Below the pieces are notes generated by a model. The model was not told where the DNA came from, did not search any database, and saw only the letters and a list, made by a program, of their open reading frames with translations. A stretch of 30,935 bases of DNA, taken from positions 1-30,935 of IMG/VR virus record IMGVR_UViG_3300029469_000004. One strand, 5' to 3'. The position numbers and the translations under genes were made by a program. Origin of the DNA: a virus. The stretch's first letter is position 1. Each line of letters starts with the position of its first letter. Positions 1-9,328 of the stretch are shown piece after piece.

Positions 1-99
1 ATTTGCCTTGTAATAATAAGCGTCAAGATATTTGATACTCGGATAATTAGTACTGCTGTCTGTGATGTCCGTTTTGGAACTCACTTTGTTTGAATCATC
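1..99. repeat. 99-bp terminal direct repeat, copy 1 (identical to 30837-30935); circular contig overlap
   Basis: Compared base by base: 1-99 equals 30837-30935 with no mismatch. The repeat lies inside one continuous minus-strand ORF. Confidence 0.95.
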
Positions 100-711
100 C
101 TCTTTCCCTTTAAGAGCATTGGCTACATCTGTTGCATTTGCCTTGCCTGTAAGAGATGTTTCTGCCGTCTGCATTCGTGCCGACAGCTGACTGACCGTGC
201 TTTTTTCGGCTTTGTTTGTTACAGCGGAATCAATCCCGTTAAGCCTTGCGTTGAGGTTATCATAATCACCTCGTGCCGTGGCAACCTCTCTACAGATTTC
301 AGCGGCTGTGCCAACGCTGTCTTTACTGATCATGCTCTTATCAAGAAGACTTGGAGTCACTTTAACTTTTAAAGCAAGCGGTGTATTCAACACCTGAGTT
401 TCGCCGTTTGCGATTTTGATTTCAATCGCTAAAAAGCCTGACATAGACTTGAAATTTTCGAGCGGAACGGTAATAACATCCGCTGCGCTGTTTATCGTGC
501 AAGCAACTGAATCCGAAATTAAATATCCGTCAATCGCAAAAGTCGCTGTCGCTGTGCAACCTGTAAATGTAAGCTTATTTCCGCTTGCCGTTAATGTTAC
601 ATCAAGATAGCGAGCCGCTTTATCATTTACATTTGCAATCGCAACAACATTTGGCGCATTTCGATTATTGACATCAACCGTAATTGATTTGTGCTCTAAA
701 CTAATCGCCAT
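1..711 (-). CDS. Tail fibre / receptor-binding protein, N-terminal part (BppU-type baseplate upper protein N-domain). The ORF leaves the window start and continues in frame at 30836.
   Basis: ATG at 711-709 overlaps the upstream stop (TAATG). My translation is MAISLEHKSITVDVNNRNAPNVVAIANVNDKAARYLDVTLTASGNKLTFTGC..., 237 codons with no stop. The last residues ..KVSSKTDITDSSTNYPSIKYLDAYYYKAN equal the start of ORF 29844..30920. This ORF is not in the supplied track because it has no stop in the window. Confidence 0.85.
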   Translation of the reverse strand, partial: MAISLEHKSITVDVNNRNAPNVVAIANVNDKAARYLDVTLTASGNKLTFTGCTATATFAIDGYLISDSVACTINSAADVITVPLENFKSMSGFLAIEIKIANGETQVLNTPLALKVKVTPSLLDKSMISKDSVGTAAEICREVATARGDYDNLNARLNGIDSAVTNKAEKSTVSQLSARMQTAETSLTGKANATDVANALKGKEDDSNKVSSKTDITDSSTNYPSIKYLDAYYYKAN

Positions 712-1877
712 TATTTTTTAAACCTCCTTTGAATTTTTAATAAATCAGACATCGACATTTCTAAATCGCCGATTGTGATTTCTTTATATTTGTGTGATAC
801 GCTGTCGTAGACAGTTTTTGAAATTCTTCGGCTGAAATTCGTGCCGTCCGGCATCACTATCGTCACTTCGTCGTAGAGTTTGATTGCATTCATTTTTGTA
901 AGCTCGTTTTCGAGGGTAACTTTTATGCTCAGCGATTCCGCTGTTTGTTCAGTCGAATAATTGTAGTCAGCAACCGCATTTCGCAAGGCATCTCTGACTT
1001 CTTCGTAGTTTTCGCCTGTGCTCTTATTTAAAGTGAATTTTTTGATTTTGCTTGAACAATCATACAAATATGTGTTTTTTATGCTCCTTTTTAAACCTGT
1101 TTCATACGGTTCAAAGCTTGACACGACCACTTCATCTTTATCCGTAGTGCTACACCTCGCATACGGCATGACATGGGTGTAGTAGCTTCCAATTTCGGCG
1201 GTCTGCTTGTAGTCTGACACATTCGCTCCGAAAGCTATGCGATAACCGCTTTTCGTTCCTGTTACACTGCTTTTATCAAAACAGACATCAAAATTATTGA
1301 AATATAGAAAACCGTCAAACTGGCGAATTAGTCCTTCGTCGTCATTTTTAAAAATTTCTTCAAATTTTTCGCCCTGTGAATATCCTAAAGAAATTCTTTT
1401 TTTATCGGTAATTGACGAAGTAAAATTAAACCACTTGTATGGAGCTTCAGTGAACCACATATGTAAGGGCTTATCGCTCTGGCTATAATCTCGCATAAAG
1501 TGGTCGATAAGCTCTTTCGGTGTGCCGTACATTGATCCGTCTGTCGCACGAGGAATTGTTCCGTTTTGAAAAAACATTCTTGACACATGTTCGCCCGAAA
1601 TGGTCAAATCACCGTTTTTGTCAACTTCAATCTTGGTCACATAAAAAAGCTGTGGTTCAGACACATTGTTCACTTTCGCTTTTATGTAAGAAGTTATTTT
1701 TATTTTTGAAGCAAGCTTATCTGTGCTTTTAATCTTTGCACTAAAGCTATAAGTGCCGTTTTCTTCCATTGTGGTCAAAAACTCGGTGCATTCATTCAAG
1801 AATCCAAAGCCGTTTGATTCCAACAAGGCGGTTGGATTCTTATAATAATCCGCTGTTTCGTATAAAATCGGTTGCAT
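711..1877 (-). CDS. Tail-associated protein (Tal; prophage tail endopeptidase-type minor structural protein)
   Basis: 388 aa. The N-terminus MQPILYETADYYKNPTALLESNGFGFL.. is typical of siphovirus Tal N-domains. It sits between Dit and the fibre. Confidence 0.75.
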   Translation of the reverse strand: MQPILYETADYYKNPTALLESNGFGFLNECTEFLTTMEENGTYSFSAKIKSTDKLASKIKITSYIKAKVNNVSEPQLFYVTKIEVDKNGDLTISGEHVSRMFFQNGTIPRATDGSMYGTPKELIDHFMRDYSQSDKPLHMWFTEAPYKWFNFTSSITDKKRISLGYSQGEKFEEIFKNDDEGLIRQFDGFLYFNNFDVCFDKSSVTGTKSGYRIAFGANVSDYKQTAEIGSYYTHVMPYARCSTTDKDEVVVSSFEPYETGLKRSIKNTYLYDCSSKIKKFTLNKSTGENYEEVRDALRNAVADYNYSTEQTAESLSIKVTLENELTKMNAIKLYDEVTIVMPDGTNFSRRISKTVYDSVSHKYKEITIGDLEMSMSDLLKIQRRFKK

Positions 1878-1880
1878 TTC

Positions 1881-2663
1881 TCATAGCCTCCTCCAGTTCG
1901 GTTTTATTTCAACATCAGTAAAAGCGTTTGCGTTCTTTCCTGAAATTTTAATCTTGTTCCACCCCGGTTTAAGTTTCGGAAATTCTGTGCAGATGATGCA
2001 GTTATTTGCTAATGTTTTACCGTCATCAAAAGAGGCGGTCTGTTCTTCTGAATTGAGTTCTATGTAATCCTTATCCGAGGATGTCTTTACCGTCAGAGTT
2101 TGACCGTCATTAACGGTCAGTATCAGCGGCGTTATTTTTGCCCCTGAATTAATGATTTTAATAAAAGGTTCAGCGGCATAGCTTTCAGGGTTGAAAAGCT
2201 CAATTTCAGCAGCTTGAGTTGAAGTTGATTTTACTTTTATTGTTTCCTGTCCCAAATCGCTATACCAAAAAGGATGACGGCTGAAATTTATTGTTGTTGA
2301 CAAGCAAAGTGGGGCAACCTCTTCAATTGTTTCGACACCTGTACAAATGGCCTTTGTAAAATAGCCGGGGTTGTATGTGTCCCTAAAGATTTTATATTTG
2401 CCGTCCCAAACGGTAAGCCATTCTGCAAACGCTCTTACAAGCTCTGAGCTGTTTTCATTGGGGATAATGTACGGATAGCTGTTGACCTCAAACTGCATTT
2501 CAACATTGTCAAAAACACCGTTATCGGTAATCACTGCGCCGTTTTTGCCGTAGACAGAGGTAAAATCAAAATTACGCTTTGCAATTTGATATTTGGGAGG
2601 TGTAGCTATAAAAAAGCCTATTGTCCGTAAATCAGTGCCGTTGTATGTAAAACTATGTCTCAT
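1881..2663 (-). CDS. Distal tail protein (Dit, Sipho_tail-type)
   Basis: 260 aa, MRHSFTYNGTDLRTIGFFI.., immediately downstream of the tape measure gene. Confidence 0.8.
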   Translation of the reverse strand: MRHSFTYNGTDLRTIGFFIATPPKYQIAKRNFDFTSVYGKNGAVITDNGVFDNVEMQFEVNSYPYIIPNENSSELVRAFAEWLTVWDGKYKIFRDTYNPGYFTKAICTGVETIEEVAPLCLSTTINFSRHPFWYSDLGQETIKVKSTSTQAAEIELFNPESYAAEPFIKIINSGAKITPLILTVNDGQTLTVKTSSDKDYIELNSEEQTASFDDGKTLANNCIICTEFPKLKPGWNKIKISGKNANAFTDVEIKPNWRRL

Positions 2664-2665
2664 CT

Positions 2666-5600
2666 TTAACCTCCCCAGCGAGACGCTTCGCCGTCAAGCG
2701 TCTGCACAATTGCGGTCGATACACGGCGGTTAAAATCGTCAACGTCCATGTCATTATTGATGTTTACATCGCCTATGTATTTAATCTCAATCGTAGGCGA
2801 GTTAGTCACAATTTTTGACATCTGGCTGTTTGCCGCTGCGTAATCTTGGCTTTGTGTGCGGATGCCTGCAAATTTACTGTTAATCGCACCGACAGGGTCG
2901 CCCTCAACAGCTGACAAGGCTTTGGCCGCTAAGTTCCTTGCTGCTTTTTGAGCTTCGACGATTTCATCTTCAATTCCGAGACAGTAGCCTTTACCAAAAT
3001 AAACACCAAATTTTCTCGGCTTTTTTGCCGGAGAGTGCGAATCCTGCTCTTTTTGCACTGATGCTAAGGCTGCAGCGGCAATTGATGCCGCTGAATTACC
3101 TACACCAGCTATAACCGATTCAATGCCGGATGAAAATCCTGTTGAAAAAAATGCGCCGAGCATCGAGCTTGCCGATATTACATAAGCTACAAGGTTTTGT
3201 GATGCAGTTACATCTACCGCTTTTTTTGTACTGCCTTCGATTTTTTCTTTTGACTCTTTGCTGCCAATTGTTTCAGCGGTTTTATTAACGCCCTTTTTCG
3301 CAGCTTTTTCGCCGTTGCCCTCAAGTTTGTTGAGCTCACCGGTAGCCTTATCTACGAGGTCGTGAGCATTATCAACCATTTTTTGAGTTACACCCGGTTG
3401 ATGCTCATCCATTGCAGTTTTTAACAACTCATAGTTTGCGGTAAAGTTCGCAAGCTGATTTTCGAGGCTCTCTCTTGAACCTGTTTCAGCATCAATGAAA
3501 CCGTTTTTGATTTTCTGCTGTTGCGCATTGATTTCGTCAGCTTTACCCGTAGCGATTGCGGCAACCGTGCCGTACATATCGTTGTATTTAGCAAGCTCGA
3601 TTTCTGCCCTTTCCTGCAATTCTTCGGCTTCTTCAACTTGGTCTTTTGTGACACCTTCAACACCGTCTTTGTATGCTGTCCTTAAATTCTCGGCATTTGT
3701 CTTAAAATCGTTGACCTGCTGTTCGAGAGTGTCTTTGTTGCCTGTTGTGTATGTAATAATATTATTCATCAAATCAGACATTGCAGCATCAATTTCTTTG
3801 GTGTTACCCTTTGCGTTCGCCGCTGTTAGATTTTCAACATTTTGGATTGTGGTGTTGTAATTTACAATCTTTCGCTGATACTCGTTATATTTGCTTTCAA
3901 GTTCTTTAAGAGTTTTTTCTTTCTCTTTGAGGTTATCTTTAGCTTTTTGACTTTCAGCACCGTATGCCGCGCCAAATGATGATAAAGCACGCTCGTTTTT
4001 AGCTGTATTCTGCTTATTCTGTGCGTCTTTAAGGTATTTTTGATAATCGGTTTGCGAGATTTTTCCGTTTTCAAATGCCCACCCCGCAATTTTGATTATT
4101 TTTTTGTTTCTGTCAAGCCCTTCTGTATTATATTTTTGTACGGTTTCCGCTGCACTGTCGCGCTCTTCTTGTGCTTTTTTCTTTTCAGCATAAACATTTA
4201 TAGATTCTGATTTCGCACTTTTTATGCCCGACACAGCCTCACTATAACTGTCTTCATACGCAGACAGTAAAGCAAGCGACTTTTTGGATTTAAGTGCATC
4301 GTCAATTGAACCTTTTAAATCTTTATAAGACTGTATAACATTGCCATTCCAAGTAATTTCATCGCCTGTAACTCGGCTCAATTCATTGGTAATAAATTTT
4401 GCTCTGTCTTCATAGCCTTTTTTGACTTCGCCGTTTTTGTCAACAATACCTTGCAATTCGACCCATAAATCGTCGTAATATTGAAATTCGCTTTCAACCT
4501 CCGATGCCGCATCTTTCTTGCTCTGCACATATTCATCATTTGCGTCTTTCAATTCTTTGATTTCTTCTTTTGCTTTTTCCTGAGCTTCGTTAAGTTCTTC
4601 TTGGGATTGTTTTGCACTGTCGTTAGCCTCTGAAAATGCCCAAATTTCGCCTATAGCACCAACAACTAAACCTGCAACTAATCCCCACAAATTTGCTTTT
4701 TGAGCAGTGTTAAGTCCCTCTTGTGAGATTTTAGCGGCATCTGTTGCCGCTTTCAAAGACTTGTAAGCTCCCCACAGATTTTTGATTTCTGTAACTATTT
4801 TAGTGGCCTTTTTACCCGACCAAATAGCAGTAGTTAAAACACCAATCTGTTTTAGCGTCGGAATAATATCATCTGTATGCTTGCTCGCAAATTTACAAAG
4901 TTTTTTTACTTCGGGGAATAATGATTTGCCGATGGGATTAATGACATCGGTCTGCACTGTTCTGCCGAGGCTCGCCCAATCGGCTTCGACATCGTCGTAT
5001 TTGATGTCTTTAATCTTTTTCATGGTATTTTTGGTCTTGTCGGCAGAGCCATTAACTTTCATTAAGGCTTTGACGCCGTCGATTCCCAAATCTTCCCACA
5101 TCGTACCGAAGAGGTCAACGCCTGCCTGATTCTGCTTGACCTTATCGTCCATCTCGAAAAGAGCCTTTAAGACTTCTGATGTTGCTGATTTTGCGCTGTC
5201 TCCGCCTTTTGCAAATCTTGCCTGCAAATCCTCAATACTACCTTTTGTGCCTTTGCCTGCTGATTCGAGATTTGCAAGATTTTCTTTAGCGGTTTTTAAC
5301 GCCTCGGAGTATTCGGCAATTTTGTCAGCGTTTTTTTGCTTTGTCAATTCGCTTGTTGAACTGTTAAAACCTTTTTGCTCCTCTTTTGCATAGTAAAGAT
5401 TTTTTTCGAGCTTTGCGACTTCATCTTTGGCTTTTTGAATGTCCTCAGCTGAGGCTTTTGCGCCGTAGCCAAGAAGAGTAAATCCCTCCTGCGTACTCGA
5501 GTTTGTATCTTTAGAACGGATTCCAAACTCTTTCATGGCATCGCCAAGCTTGTCGATACTGAAAGTACCTGCTTTAGAGCCATTTTCAAGCGAATTAAAA

Positions 5601-6643
5601 AATTCATTTGCATCATAGCCGAGCTGCTTGTAATGTACGGAGTATTCATTGATTGTATCAAGCAAATCGCCGTTTTTGTTAAGGCCTTTTTGACTGCCCT
5701 GAGCAATAAGGTTAAACGCTTCATCGCCCGTTACGCCAAACTGCTCCATAAGCATGTTGACCGCTCTCAATGTTTCGACAAAATCATAATCGTATGTATC
5801 TCTCAATGTAAAGAGATTTTCGGTCATATCTTTAAGCTTACTTGGATTGGTTTCGTTCGTTGTCTGCTTAATTAAAGCAAGGACATTTGCAACTTCTTCC
5901 TGAGATTCGCCGAAATTTCCTGTGTAAACATCTTCAAGGGCATCTTTGTACTTTGTCATCTCCTCGGGGGTCAAGCCTGCTTGCGCCTGCAAAGAGTTTA
6001 GCGCCTTTTGTTCGCCGTTTGCGCTTACAATTGCGCCTGTAACAGCTCCGCCAATTGCCGTTGCTGTAGCAGTAGCTTCTTTAAGTGCATCACCAACGGC
6101 AGATTTGAGATTGTCGGCAGAGGATTTAACATCATCCATTTCTTTTTTGATTTTTGACAAATCGGTGTTGTTGGACTTCGTTTCAAGCCCCTTAAAACTA
6201 TCGCCTGCTTTATCAACGCTTGTTTCAGTTTTTGACATTTCAGTCCGTGCTGATTCAAGGTTTATCTCGTTTGCTTTTTCCTCGGTTTCCGCAAGCTGTT
6301 TTGTGAAAGTTTCAAGTTTGCTTTTCGCTTTTTCAACTTCACGCTGATAAGCTCTGTACTGTTCCGTCGAAATTTCGCCATTTTTTGCCTGTTCTTCAAC
6401 CTGATCCTGTACATCAAGCAATTGACTAAGAGCAGACTCACTTTTAGCAATCTGCTCTTGTAATACCTCTTGCTTTTGCGCAAGTAAAACTATGTTATCG
6501 GGGTCAAACTTTAATTGTCTGTTAATAGCCGACAATTCGCTCTGTAGGCTCGAGGATGAGGACTGCACAGCTTTTAAAGATTTCTGCAAGTCTATCGTAT
6601 CGCCTGCAATCTTAACGGTGATGCCTTTAATCGTAGATGCCAT
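2666..6643 (-). CDS. Tail tape measure protein
   Basis: 1325 aa, A/K/E-rich coiled coil with internal hydrophobic segments (LWGLVAGLVVGAIGEIWAF). It follows the chaperone pair, and its start overlaps the end of the -1 frame ORF. Confidence 0.95.
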   Translation of the reverse strand: MASTIKGITVKIAGDTIDLQKSLKAVQSSSSSLQSELSAINRQLKFDPDNIVLLAQKQEVLQEQIAKSESALSQLLDVQDQVEEQAKNGEISTEQYRAYQREVEKAKSKLETFTKQLAETEEKANEINLESARTEMSKTETSVDKAGDSFKGLETKSNNTDLSKIKKEMDDVKSSADNLKSAVGDALKEATATATAIGGAVTGAIVSANGEQKALNSLQAQAGLTPEEMTKYKDALEDVYTGNFGESQEEVANVLALIKQTTNETNPSKLKDMTENLFTLRDTYDYDFVETLRAVNMLMEQFGVTGDEAFNLIAQGSQKGLNKNGDLLDTINEYSVHYKQLGYDANEFFNSLENGSKAGTFSIDKLGDAMKEFGIRSKDTNSSTQEGFTLLGYGAKASAEDIQKAKDEVAKLEKNLYYAKEEQKGFNSSTSELTKQKNADKIAEYSEALKTAKENLANLESAGKGTKGSIEDLQARFAKGGDSAKSATSEVLKALFEMDDKVKQNQAGVDLFGTMWEDLGIDGVKALMKVNGSADKTKNTMKKIKDIKYDDVEADWASLGRTVQTDVINPIGKSLFPEVKKLCKFASKHTDDIIPTLKQIGVLTTAIWSGKKATKIVTEIKNLWGAYKSLKAATDAAKISQEGLNTAQKANLWGLVAGLVVGAIGEIWAFSEANDSAKQSQEELNEAQEKAKEEIKELKDANDEYVQSKKDAASEVESEFQYYDDLWVELQGIVDKNGEVKKGYEDRAKFITNELSRVTGDEITWNGNVIQSYKDLKGSIDDALKSKKSLALLSAYEDSYSEAVSGIKSAKSESINVYAEKKKAQEERDSAAETVQKYNTEGLDRNKKIIKIAGWAFENGKISQTDYQKYLKDAQNKQNTAKNERALSSFGAAYGAESQKAKDNLKEKEKTLKELESKYNEYQRKIVNYNTTIQNVENLTAANAKGNTKEIDAAMSDLMNNIITYTTGNKDTLEQQVNDFKTNAENLRTAYKDGVEGVTKDQVEEAEELQERAEIELAKYNDMYGTVAAIATGKADEINAQQQKIKNGFIDAETGSRESLENQLANFTANYELLKTAMDEHQPGVTQKMVDNAHDLVDKATGELNKLEGNGEKAAKKGVNKTAETIGSKESKEKIEGSTKKAVDVTASQNLVAYVISASSMLGAFFSTGFSSGIESVIAGVGNSAASIAAAALASVQKEQDSHSPAKKPRKFGVYFGKGYCLGIEDEIVEAQKAARNLAAKALSAVEGDPVGAINSKFAGIRTQSQDYAAANSQMSKIVTNSPTIEIKYIGDVNINNDMDVDDFNRRVSTAIVQTLDGEASRWGG

Positions 6644-7258
6644 ATCTGTCCTCCAATTTCCTATATCGGTTCATAAACTCACTGTACTGCTTTGTTGAGA
6701 TTTCCTTGTTTTCAAATCTTTCTGTAACGAAAGGCAATACAGATTTCATTTTCCGATATTTTTCTTCATCTTCGTGGATATTCTTATTGTTTCGTAATGC
6801 AAAATAGGCTTCTACATAATCAAGCACAAAACCTATTGTAAATCTTTGTAAATCAGCGACAGTCAGACCACTCCTGACGGCATAAGATAAGACCTCTTTC
6901 GCCGTCAGGAAAGTTTTAAATCCGTTTAGGTCGCTGTCGCTGTCACTTTTGGGCTGTCGCTTTTAAGGCTGTCAACGATGAGCTCGATAATTGTGTCAGT
7001 CGCCGAAATAGCGTCCTTAATGCTGATTTCTTTCGCCCAAGTCTTAAAGTTGGAAATTGTATCGTCCGCCGTCTTTGCCGCTGCCCACAAAAGCTTTACG
7101 GCAGAACCGAACTTTACATCGTTAAGATTTTTAACCAGAACACGGTCGGCATCACGCAGAAAACTGTGGCCTTTGAATGTGTCCTCGTAGATGAGCATTG
7201 TATATGCCGTAACCTCAACCTCAACATCTGTGCCGTTAATAACAACTGTATCTTTCAT
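6627..7258 (-). CDS. Tail assembly chaperone, -1 frameshift fusion (GT-like)
   Basis: The -1 frame is open from 6962 to 6627 and overlaps the end of the G ORF. A slippery CCCAAAA lies in the overlap. ORF 6627..6827 in the track is only the GTG-initiated tail of this frame. Confidence 0.7.
6926..7258 (-). CDS. Tail assembly chaperone (G-like, zero-frame product)
   Basis: 110 aa, between the major tail protein and the tape measure. It ends ..LKSDSPKVTATAT. Confidence 0.8.
   Translation of the reverse strand: MKDTVVINGTDVEVEVTAYTMLIYEDTFKGHSFLRDADRVLVKNLNDVKFGSAVKLLWAAAKTADDTISNFKTWAKEISIKDAISATDTIIELIVDSLKSDSPKVTATAT
6947..6953 (-). promoter_or_regulatory. Programmed -1 ribosomal frameshift slippery heptamer C_CCA_AAA
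   Basis: The minus strand reads ..GAC AGC CCA AAA GTG.. in the zero frame. X_XXY_YYZ = C CCA AAA, and the -1 frame reads CCC AAA A. Confidence 0.7.
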
Positions 7259-7884
7259 TAGCTCTTAGCCGCCTTTGTAGTGTCTGATGAGGCCTGATCT
7301 GTAGGAACTGCCGATTTTGCAGCCTTTACAGCCTTTACAGTAGGAGTTACAACATTTTCCGGCAGAGTGTCGGCATAAGATGTATAGCGTACAAAATCAT
7401 TGTCAGGGCGTGGTTTTGACGTGATTGTAAATGTTGGGAACTGTGGATCGAAGTTGCCTTCCGATGTTTTGTCATTTCTGGTCGCTCTTGCAGCTACGCA
7501 GTCGAAATAAGTGTCAATCTCGTAAAGCTTGTCACCTTTGTATGTTTCCTTGGCAACAAGAAGAGCGAATCTCGGCATCACTTTGATACCGCCCTTCTCA
7601 ATAATGCCGCCCTCTGTAGCTTCATCATTGCCAAACCAATCTTTTTCGATGTCGTCGACTGCTGAAATAAGCTCAAGACTGATTGTATAACCGCCGTTTG
7701 CACTCGCTACAATAATAGGCAAGCCGTCAGAGTAGATTGTGTTCGAGTCGCCGATAGGCTCAGCACCGATACTTCTACCGCCTGCCTCATCAGATTTAAA
7801 CCAAATCGGTGTTCCGTATGTAATTTCGCCTGTGCTGCCTTCTGTCAGCACAGCATAACCAACTTTTCTAATAGTTTTGTTCAT
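7258..7884 (-). CDS. Major tail protein (phi13-like family)
   Basis: 208 aa, MNKTIRKVGYAVLTEGSTGEITYGTPIWFKS..; position upstream of the chaperones. Confidence 0.8.
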   Translation of the reverse strand: MNKTIRKVGYAVLTEGSTGEITYGTPIWFKSDEAGGRSIGAEPIGDSNTIYSDGLPIIVASANGGYTISLELISAVDDIEKDWFGNDEATEGGIIEKGGIKVMPRFALLVAKETYKGDKLYEIDTYFDCVAARATRNDKTSEGNFDPQFPTFTITSKPRPDNDFVRYTSYADTLPENVVTPTVKAVKAAKSAVPTDQASSDTTKAAKS

Positions 7885-7905
7885 TAATAAGCACTCCTTA
7901 TGTTT

Positions 7906-8352
7906 TTAAATTCTTTTAATTCTGCTCAAATCACCGCCGCCCATAGCTTCCGATGATTTAATGAGCTTTTTTATTCCGGCTTCAAATTCGCCGTGAATTT
8001 TCTCTGTAGCCGGAGCAATATGCACCTTCGGTTGTACCGTTCCGCCTTTTTGGCCCCTCTTTTTACGAGTTTTTTCGAGGAGGTGTGTAAGCCGGTACTC
8101 AGGTTTAGCGGCATAAACCGTTTTTTCATAAAACCTAAATGTTTCGTTTGTGATTTTAACTCTAAACGATTTGCGATATTTTTTTCTTCTGCCTACAGGT
8201 GCATTCTTTTTGATTTCGTTTTTAAGTTCTTCGGCTTTTTCATCAACCAACAATCTAACGCCCATTTGCACATCAGCCGAATAGGTTGACAGCTCTTTCG
8301 ATAGGGTATCGCCAAGGCGGTCGATACCGACTTTTTTGTAATCACTCATCAA
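7906..8352 (-). CDS. HK97 gp10-like neck / tail-completion protein
   Basis: 148 aa, basic central motif NAPVGRRKKYRKSFRVK; position in the connector block. Confidence 0.65.
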   Translation of the reverse strand: MMSDYKKVGIDRLGDTLSKELSTYSADVQMGVRLLVDEKAEELKNEIKKNAPVGRRKKYRKSFRVKITNETFRFYEKTVYAAKPEYRLTHLLEKTRKKRGQKGGTVQPKVHIAPATEKIHGEFEAGIKKLIKSSEAMGGGDLSRIKRI

Positions 8353-8695
8353 AAGTCACGCCCAAATTGTAATAAGTTACACAAAGTTTATTGATCGTGT
8401 CCCATGCTCGATTCGGTTTTTTCCAGCCTAAGCCGTTTTCAGACATCCATTTTTCAAACTTTGTTTCACTTGCATGGTCATCTTTCGCTGTGTAGAGTTC
8501 TATGATGATTTTTGCAGTTTTCCAAAGCAATTTTCCGTCTGCGTAAATGCCTGTTTCCTCGTCTTTAAAGTAAACAAGATAGGGAGCAGGGGTTGATTTG
8601 TTGTAATCTGCCTCAACGCATTTAATGCCACAAGACTTAATAAGTTCGACAAATTCGTCGTAATTTTTAAAATACATCTTCTGCACCGCCCTCAT
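8342..8695 (-). CDS. Hypothetical head-tail joining protein
   Basis: 117 aa ORF within the connector block, with SD AAGGGG 4 nt upstream of the ATG. No motif recognised. Confidence 0.6.
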   Translation of the reverse strand: MRAVQKMYFKNYDEFVELIKSCGIKCVEADYNKSTPAPYLVYFKDEETGIYADGKLLWKTAKIIIELYTAKDDHASETKFEKWMSENGLGWKKPNRAWDTINKLCVTYYNLGVTFDE

Positions 8696-9020
8696 ATAGT
8701 CCCCTTTGTGACAGGCTCACAATCGAACAAGAAGGATTTTTACTTTTGTCATGCTGTATCTGTTCGATTTTAAACCTTGTGCCGTCAATGATGACCGCCA
8801 TATCCGTTCTCAAAGTTTCATCTTTGTGGATATGGATAACTTTCGACAGTTCAATATCGTTCTGCTTCGCACCATAAAACCGAGTAACTCCGATTTTTTC
8901 ATTGCCAAAACGATACTTTTTCAGGCTGTCGGTGATGATGTCGTTGTTTTCGTCGGTTTCGTAGATTTTTGCAAGTCCGTCGTTGAATGTCAAAAAATCA
9001 ATGTTATTCTTCGGTATCAT
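8667..9020 (-). CDS. Head closure / head-tail adaptor protein (SPP1 gp16-like)
   Basis: 117 aa; size, position, and the pattern ..RFGNEKIGVTRFYGAKQNDIELSKVIHI...IIDGTRFKIEQIQ. Confidence 0.7.
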   Translation of the reverse strand: MIPKNNIDFLTFNDGLAKIYETDENNDIITDSLKKYRFGNEKIGVTRFYGAKQNDIELSKVIHIHKDETLRTDMAVIIDGTRFKIEQIQHDKSKNPSCSIVSLSQRGLYEGGAEDVF

Positions 9021-9306
9021 ACATTCGCACCTCGTATTCCTGCCTTAATTTCAAAATTTCGCTTTCAAAATTATGGTCGAACATTTCAACAGCATTTGAG
9101 TAAGCGTATCTACAATAGTCAAACAACAAACTTCTTGCCCTTGTTGCTCGCTCAAAATCCTCATCAGTAAGCAAAGGGTTATAATCACGGAGGTGCTGTT
9201 TTCCATTGGCTATAATTAACTCAATTTTTGACTTTGTGCTTTCATCTGTTTCGATGTGCTCACGGTCAAAATCGAGCATATTAACTACATCGTTTATAAT
9301 TTCCAT
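9004..9306 (-). CDS. gp6-like head-tail connector protein
   Basis: 100 aa, directly after the capsid gene. Acidic N-terminus and ..LLFDYCRYAYSNAVEMF.., typical of this family. Confidence 0.7.
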   Translation of the reverse strand: MEIINDVVNMLDFDREHIETDESTKSKIELIIANGKQHLRDYNPLLTDEDFERATRARSLLFDYCRYAYSNAVEMFDHNFESEILKLRQEYEVRMYDTEE

Positions 9307-9328
9307 TGTTCAACACCTCCGTGATAAA

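Noticed and set aside
2666-6643. The many 60-133-aa ORFs on both strands inside the tape measure gene (for example 3495..3860, 4782..5129, 5946..6347, 6262..6483)
   Set aside because: They are nested in a 1325-aa ORF and have low-complexity S/L/F- or K/R-rich composition, typical of alternative frames of an A/K/E-rich gene. They have no SD sequences.
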